Source of the DNA: a virus
Taxonomy: Duplodnaviria > Caudoviricetes
Reading direction: 5' to 3' (one strand)
IMG/VR virus record: IMGVR_UViG_3300031418_000003
DNA: 64,000 nucleotides
The position numbers were made by a program, and so were the translations under genes. Shown piece by piece: positions 58,479-64,000 of this stretch. Each line of letters starts with the position of its first letter. The stretch's first letter is position 1. The notes under the pieces were generated by a model. The model ran no database searches, was not told the origin of the DNA, and saw nothing but the letters and a program-made list of their open reading frames with translations.

Positions 58479-59831
58479 CTATGATGTTTGTTTATCAGTA
58501 TATCGGTCTTGTGCTTTCAGGAAGATCGTTAAGATAGTCGTCCGTTTCAAGATCGGCCTGACATCACTGGTTACAGGAATGTAGTCATTACGGTAACCCA
58601 ACAACACTCCACGACGGACATAAACAGTATCGTCATCGTAGAAGTATTGGTAAGTTAATGGATGACCTGGTTCCAAATATCCAGTGTCACCATTACGCCA
58701 CTCAACCTGCAGTATCTCACCTTGGTTACGTGCATTCTCAGAAAGACTCACCATGATGTTACCTGTTGGGTTAGGGTTGATAGGAATCCATTCCTCCCCA
58801 TCCCGGCGGTCACTGAGCTTATACTCCTGCATGGAGTCAGCACGCGTTGTAAGCGCTCTACCGGCGTTATAGTGATACCCTGTGTCACCAGCAATCGCAT
58901 CACCCATAATCAAACGTTGCCCCACACCTTCGTTCTGCTTACGGATATCAGCATGGTCAGTATGATCACCCTTACCGGTTAAGATAATGGTCAGCGCCGT
59001 AGGGGTAACGTAAAACGTACTGTTAAGATCAGGAATCTTGTTCTGTGGAACACGAATCAAGTTAAGCGGACGTGGATGGGTCTTTACTCGTTCGGTGTTA
59101 TACAGCGGATAGATCCACCAATGGTTTTGTTTATAGAACGACCCTAGTCCTTTAGAATACACGCCGTGTTCATTGTGCTTCTGTAGGAACTGCGGGACAT
59201 CTTTTAAACGGGTTCCACTGGGAAAGATGATCTGGCGATAATTGTTAACGTTATCAACCGGTTCATACAACTCAAGCCCCTGATACTTATCGTAGCCCGT
59301 TAGCCCAATTGCTTGCGTTCCCTGTTCCATTATCGTCATCAAGGCATCTCGCACATTTGCCATCAAATAGATATTGGAAACCGGAATGTTCCTGATTTTA
59401 GCATACCCTTTGTCGATAAGCTGAAATTCATAGGGAACCAAATTGGTGGTATTCAGGGCATCGGTTTTATTAGCAATGGTGCTGTTTGACTCTGCGTGGA
59501 CATCCTTATCCGTCAGAGGAACAGCCACATACTCTTTCATTACCCGATCGGTACTTGAACTGATAATCACCTGACACGTCAGTGCATCACGGTATTTCAC
59601 TAACTGATCAAAATAGATTCCCGGCTGTAAACGAGCACGTATCTGAATAAGCTCAGAACGCGCATCGATAAAGTCTGCCCGGTTCATCATCCGTTCCACA
59701 CCTAACGCTGTGTACTGCCCTGTGGGCGTAATAAACACCGCGGTGATACTAACGGACTCGGCTATCTTGTTAGAGAGTGTGGCCGTGAGCTGTGCTTGTT
59801 TTAAGACCGTTGCGATTTGACTGGAGATCAC
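58479..59831 (-). CDS. Probable baseplate hub-type virion protein (450 aa)
   Basis: LQKHNEHGVYSKGLGSF, WWIYPLY and LEPG motifs recalled from the phiKZ-group family; context. Confidence 0.65.
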   Translation of the reverse strand: MISSQIATVLKQAQLTATLSNKIAESVSITAVFITPTGQYTALGVERMMNRADFIDARSELIQIRARLQPGIYFDQLVKYRDALTCQVIISSSTDRVMKEYVAVPLTDKDVHAESNSTIANKTDALNTTNLVPYEFQLIDKGYAKIRNIPVSNIYLMANVRDALMTIMEQGTQAIGLTGYDKYQGLELYEPVDNVNNYRQIIFPSGTRLKDVPQFLQKHNEHGVYSKGLGSFYKQNHWWIYPLYNTERVKTHPRPLNLIRVPQNKIPDLNSTFYVTPTALTIILTGKGDHTDHADIRKQNEGVGQRLIMGDAIAGDTGYHYNAGRALTTRADSMQEYKLSDRRDGEEWIPINPNPTGNIMVSLSENARNQGEILQVEWRNGDTGYLEPGHPLTYQYFYDDDTVYVRRGVLLGYRNDYIPVTSDVRPILKRTTILTIFLKAQDRYTDKQTS

Positions 59832-60472
59832 ATTCCACCCCCGCCGAACCCTTTCAAGAAGTTCAAGGTATCTGAACCCAGGTCCGTTGAATAATCCTTA
59901 TACCCTATTGACGATTTGTATTCGTCCAGGTAGGAGATGTACGAAATCGGCTCATCGAAGTCGGCACCGAACATCATCTTACCGCGCAGGATATCTAACA
60001 AGGTGGCATTCTTGAGATCCGGAACATGCAATGTCCGGTTGATCTTTTCATGATGATAATGGGAATAGGCCGTAAAAAGATAACGCCCCAATTTCTCCAT
60101 CAGCTCCAGCTCTTTGATCTCTGGTGTGCGAAGGTACCCACCGTTGTGTTTGATCTCGACCCAGTGTTTGATCCAATCTTGAATAGCATTAAACAAAAGC
60201 GGAATATCCTGCCGGGCATTTCGAAATCCAATAGTGAATCCTTCCCCAGTGAGTGCCACTGCACGCAGTATGAATGCCGTTGTGTACGGACGCTCACTGG
60301 TTTGGGTAATGGACTCAAATCCATTAATTGGTGGGTTCTCTTGGTAGTGTTGTAGCTGCTTGGTACTCAAGAAAGACGCTAATGGAAGTGTGACCACGAA
60401 AGTACGGTAAGTGAAAAGCTGATGCAGTCGAATCAGCTCTTTTCTTAAAAACATATAACGTTCAGTGTTCAT
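59828..60472 (-). CDS. Hypothetical protein (214 aa)
   Basis: Coupled ORF in a structural operon. Confidence 0.75.
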   Translation of the reverse strand: MNTERYMFLRKELIRLHQLFTYRTFVVTLPLASFLSTKQLQHYQENPPINGFESITQTSERPYTTAFILRAVALTGEGFTIGFRNARQDIPLLFNAIQDWIKHWVEIKHNGGYLRTPEIKELELMEKLGRYLFTAYSHYHHEKINRTLHVPDLKNATLLDILRGKMMFGADFDEPISYISYLDEYKSSIGYKDYSTDLGSDTLNFLKGFGGGGM

Positions 60473-60480
60473 AATAACCC

Positions 60481-61779
60481 TTAAGTGAAATCGCTTGTGG
60501 TTATCAATGCCGTCCTGATCGCTAATAAATAAATCCCACCCATATACAGCTTGTTGACGTCATCCAAGATCCAGTAACCATCCAGGACATCTAAGAGCCC
60601 TTTCTTGTCAACGATCTTGTCACGGAACATCCGCCAGATAAACTGCTGTGTTTCGGTACCTTCTCCTTTGAAGAAGTCTGAACCAAAGAAGTACGTCCAA
60701 GGAATACCCTCTACAGGACGGCGTGGCATGCCCGCTGTTGGTGCAGGAACTAACGCACCACTGAACTGATAGGGAGCCACTTGAGCACCTTCTTTATGAA
60801 TCGTAATTGCACGGTCCATTTTGGAGAAGAAGATACCACCGTAGAAACGGGTATTGAGCATGGATGAACGGTAGTGGGTATAGAAGTCATTAACATACCG
60901 TTCTGGGTGAGAGAAATCATTGCGATAGAACATATCCCAAACAGTCATGGGCTCCTGCATGCGAGTACCGCTGACCCAATACTGAACATTAAGCGTTCGT
61001 ATCTTATTACGGGGCGCAATCTCATTAGCCGGAATCACGTAGCTCAGGAATTTAGCAAGATAGGGATCATACAACCGATCGTTGGCTTCGTTAGGAATTA
61101 TGACGGTGTCTTCTTCTGCGTAATAATGGCGAGACAGAAGGTCGTCCATAATCGCAAACTTGGCGTCATACAACTTCTTGTTCATTTCATAATCGTCAAC
61201 CGTTAAAACTGCGTTACCGCCATTAACCGCTGAGTCTTTAGAATAGAACAAGGTTTTGACTGTTTTGGTATCCAGGTTAGTCTGGATAGCTTGAGTCATG
61301 ACCGCTTCAAGTGTGGCTTCGATATAGTAAACTTTATCGGCTTGAATGGTTCGGAGTTCAGGCTGTTCAGTGATGGTATACAATCCTGCTTTGCCACCAC
61401 CGATATCTTTAATGAACAGATCGCCTTTAGCCGGTACCAAGTCAAACAACACATACCCTGTTAGCTGATGTGTCGACTGACCGGTCTCAGGGAGAAAGTT
61501 GTAGTTCCCATTGCCATTATCAACTTTAATAATCATGTTGTTGATACGAATATAAGACTGATAAGTCTCAATACTCTCTGGTTGGAAACTGATCTGTTCG
61601 CTACTGTGCCCTAAGTACTGACGGTAGTAGATTGTGCGTGTGGGCGTACCCGGTACCATTGAGAGAAGGCTTGTCTGGGGAACATAGCGAGACTCAATAA
61701 TCTCGCTTTTGTATTCCTCAGGTAAAGCGCGTACTTCCTCAACTGGTGGCTTGGTCCCACCGATAGAAGTCTGAGCCAT
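60481..61779 (-). CDS. Virion structural protein (432 aa, neck/baseplate region)
   Basis: YYRQYLG, PAKGDLFIKDIGGGK and LYDPYL motifs typical of phiKZ-group structural proteins (recalled). Confidence 0.7.
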   Translation of the reverse strand: MAQTSIGGTKPPVEEVRALPEEYKSEIIESRYVPQTSLLSMVPGTPTRTIYYRQYLGHSSEQISFQPESIETYQSYIRINNMIIKVDNGNGNYNFLPETGQSTHQLTGYVLFDLVPAKGDLFIKDIGGGKAGLYTITEQPELRTIQADKVYYIEATLEAVMTQAIQTNLDTKTVKTLFYSKDSAVNGGNAVLTVDDYEMNKKLYDAKFAIMDDLLSRHYYAEEDTVIIPNEANDRLYDPYLAKFLSYVIPANEIAPRNKIRTLNVQYWVSGTRMQEPMTVWDMFYRNDFSHPERYVNDFYTHYRSSMLNTRFYGGIFFSKMDRAITIHKEGAQVAPYQFSGALVPAPTAGMPRRPVEGIPWTYFFGSDFFKGEGTETQQFIWRMFRDKIVDKKGLLDVLDGYWILDDVNKLYMGGIYLLAIRTALITTSDFT

Positions 61780-63349
61780 TTAACTTACCTGTATTTTTTA
61801 ATTGAAGATAACGTTGATAAGAATCGGAGTTCTTCGCCACAATCAAGGAGTACAACATTCCATACGGCATGTAGAACCCACGTTGTGGTCCATCTCCCAC
61901 GTCAATACCATCGTAAACGTCCTCCCAATCACTCCACCCATTATCACCCCAGTTATCGGGAAGTGGGTATTGTGGGAACAGAATGCCAATTAACCACTTG
62001 CCGTAGTCGGGGTCATTCAGCAGATCTTCGACACACTCGTCATCGTACAAGCGCAATGCGTAGTCGAGTGAGAACACTACCCGATAGCAGTTACTCATTT
62101 TTGGCTTGCGCAACAGAACCAGGTCACCGTTCTCCTGAAGTACAATCTGAGACGGCAATACTTCTTCTGCATTCTGACCGTCATCTGAGTAGACTTTGAT
62201 GTTCATCGGATTTCGGTGACGAGTGGTGACTTTGTCATGGTACTTAATCAGATATTTGATGAACGTGGCATTCCAGGTGAATCCCTGAATGTCTGTCATG
62301 TTCAACAGGACCTGGGTTTCCGTGTTCTCGACATTCACCAATACCTGCAACTGCGGGCTAAGCCAATAGACTGGGTCTGGACGCCAGTTGTCCTGAGATG
62401 GAAGAACGTGATAGAACGGTGCTTGATTCTTCTGGTAGTCCCACACTTTATGGGCAGCAGCAGACTCAAAGAAACGACGCGCTACATATTCCTCTTTGTT
62501 ATTCTCGAAGACATCAGGAATATAATCCGGTGGCATCGGTTGCTGATAAACCTGAATAGGGTAGTTCATTACCCACTCAGACATCTCAGACCAGTAGAAC
62601 CAATAACGGAAGCTCACTTCGAACTTACCGATATACGAACCTTGGTTAACAAACGCCATGTTCGGGTTTTCCATGTTAACGCCAATATCCGCCATTTGCT
62701 GTTTAAACACAAACACCGGAGCTTTATATGCAACGTTACGCAGAATACCAACCGGAACTGTCGAGCACTCTTCCATCCAGTCAATGAAGTTTTTATCTTG
62801 AGCAACCACACCGGCTCTCTGTAACCGGGTCATGATTTCCTGGAAACATTCGAGCTGAGGATAAGTGGTTGGGAAATGGGTATCCACATTGAACAAGACG
62901 TTCTGATGGGGTGAGAACGTTCCCCGACGTAAATTGGTCAAGTAACGTTCTGCGGTTACGCGATCTTTAAAGTAGGCATTCACAGTCACGTTATAGCGAC
63001 GGGTAATGAACTTAGGGATGATCGTCGATTTGGTATTGGGTTCGTACCACAGCGGTGGGTTAGACAAGTTTCCACTGTAAGCATCTAACTCATCGTTGTA
63101 CCCTGACTCCACACGTTCTAATTCAACAAAAAGTTTGTTGTCGTAACCCAAATCTACACCCAGGTCAGAACCCCTTTTATCGCTACCTTCTCCTCCTAAG
63201 AGTTTAGAGACTTCAGATTCACCATTAAAGAGGATGCGTTGATCAACACTGATGTTGAAATACTTGAGCATCTTTTCCAGTGAAGCTAATACAGCTGGAC
63301 GGGTTCCAATTCTGTATGTCTCAAAAGAAGGAATTCTTACACTAAGCAT
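61739..63349 (-). CDS. Virion structural protein (536 aa)
   Basis: Long ORF; YPIQVYQQPM-type motif; GAGGA RBS. Confidence 0.7.
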   Translation of the reverse strand: MLSVRIPSFETYRIGTRPAVLASLEKMLKYFNISVDQRILFNGESEVSKLLGGEGSDKRGSDLGVDLGYDNKLFVELERVESGYNDELDAYSGNLSNPPLWYEPNTKSTIIPKFITRRYNVTVNAYFKDRVTAERYLTNLRRGTFSPHQNVLFNVDTHFPTTYPQLECFQEIMTRLQRAGVVAQDKNFIDWMEECSTVPVGILRNVAYKAPVFVFKQQMADIGVNMENPNMAFVNQGSYIGKFEVSFRYWFYWSEMSEWVMNYPIQVYQQPMPPDYIPDVFENNKEEYVARRFFESAAAHKVWDYQKNQAPFYHVLPSQDNWRPDPVYWLSPQLQVLVNVENTETQVLLNMTDIQGFTWNATFIKYLIKYHDKVTTRHRNPMNIKVYSDDGQNAEEVLPSQIVLQENGDLVLLRKPKMSNCYRVVFSLDYALRLYDDECVEDLLNDPDYGKWLIGILFPQYPLPDNWGDNGWSDWEDVYDGIDVGDGPQRGFYMPYGMLYSLIVAKNSDSYQRYLQLKNTGKLNGSDFYRWDQATS

Positions 63350-63385
63350 ATTTATTCCTCTCTAGAACAATCATAACATCAAACC

Positions 63386-63411
63386 CTCTTACCCCAATTA
63401 AGGAGTAAGAG
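63386..63411. terminator. Terminator hairpin
   Basis: CTCTTACCCC...GGAGTAAGAG imperfect inverted repeat. Confidence 0.65.
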
Positions 63412-63438
63412 AGCTTAATAATTTAAATGAGTTCTGTA

Positions 63439-63999
63439 CTATCCAATTTCTATCTCCACTTCTTCTGGATTATTACCTTCGGTAGAGGAATAAGGATCCT
63501 CACTCTGTTCGGTGTTATTATAATCCCCTTCCCCACTCACCGGATTCTCCGCACTGCTATCAGTATCTCCATCTGTTAACCCTTTCGAGTTATCAGACGT
63601 ACTATCACTTACACCATTATTTTTTAATGAAATGATATAACGAATCTGGAAGAGTTCCTGATTAGAGATAATGACAACGACATCAGAGAGACCGTCTGAA
63701 TACTTCTCTACCACACGCGCACCGGTTAGCAATGATTTACATTGTGCCAGTGTACTCGCATCAACCTCGGTACTAAACCGATTAATGATGGCAGTAATGA
63801 ATTCCAACGAGAGTGTGTTCTTGACAAACTTAGGTTCGGTAATAGATGCGATCGAACCCATAAGGAAGTTACGGAATTTTAACTTATTTAATCCAGCGGC
63901 GATATCTACATTGGTGATATCCCGTTTAATACCGAGACCAATGCCTGTAAGCGCTTCCAGAACGATGTAGCAACGAATAACACCTTTATAGCCGTAACT
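63439..63999 (-). CDS. Hypothetical protein, C-terminal part (starts outside the window)
   Basis: The frame of the 140-aa track ORF stays open for 46 more codons to the window edge (SYGYKGVIRCYIVLEAL...); acidic C-terminal tail. Confidence 0.75.
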   Translation of the reverse strand, partial: SYGYKGVIRCYIVLEALTGIGLGIKRDITNVDIAAGLNKLKFRNFLMGSIASITEPKFVKNTLSLEFITAIINRFSTEVDASTLAQCKSLLTGARVVEKYSDGLSDVVVIISNQELFQIRYIISLKNNGVSDSTSDNSKGLTDGDTDSSAENPVSGEGDYNNTEQSEDPYSSTEGNNPEEVEIEIG

Positions 64000-64000
64000 G

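Noticed and set aside
13040-63380. Individual late promoters called from isolated TATG motifs upstream of structural genes
   Set aside because: A 4-nt motif is too frequent to call without TSS data; only the hairpin-flanking pattern is reported.
1-64000. CRISPR array or tRNA genes
   Set aside because: No regularly spaced direct repeats with unique spacers; intergenic gaps are short and explained by hairpins, promoters or small ORFs; no cloverleaf recognised by eye.

Overview
This window is about 64 kb of a phiKZ-related jumbo phage (Chimalliviridae-like, probably nucleus-forming), inferred from gene content and order. Nearly all genes lie on the minus strand. Four core genes are inverted on the plus strand (tail spike, a virion protein leading the spanin-like pair, portal, DnaB helicase). 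Right part (about 19-64 kb): a conserved core block with SbcC ATPase, tail spike, three large paralogous tail-fibre/baseplate proteins (the 1614-aa one ends in about 17 BspA/DUF285 leucine-rich repeats), an overlapping spanin-like pair, a duplicated 4-TM membrane protein, RuvC, baseplate proteins, portal, a non-virion RNA polymerase beta subunit, major capsid protein and DnaB. Left part (1-19 kb): an accessory region with NAD-dependent ligase, RNase HI, a signal-peptide lytic transglycosylase, a BCS1-like membrane AAA ATPase flanked by small membrane proteins, and a P-loop kinase domain fused ahead of an internal-head-protein domain with prohead-protease sites. Three small ORFs missing from the supplied track were found by hand translation, plus a partial ORF at each window edge. 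Most novel observations: (i) three clustered, otherwise unrelated proteins share a basic C-terminal tail; (ii) the kinase/head-protein fusion; (iii) a recurring 19-nt early-promoter-like motif; (iv) intergenic hairpins flanked by CATA/TATG. No tRNA, CRISPR array, reverse transcriptase, intein or intron was seen. Orthology to named phiKZ genes is from remembered family features and synteny, not from a search.
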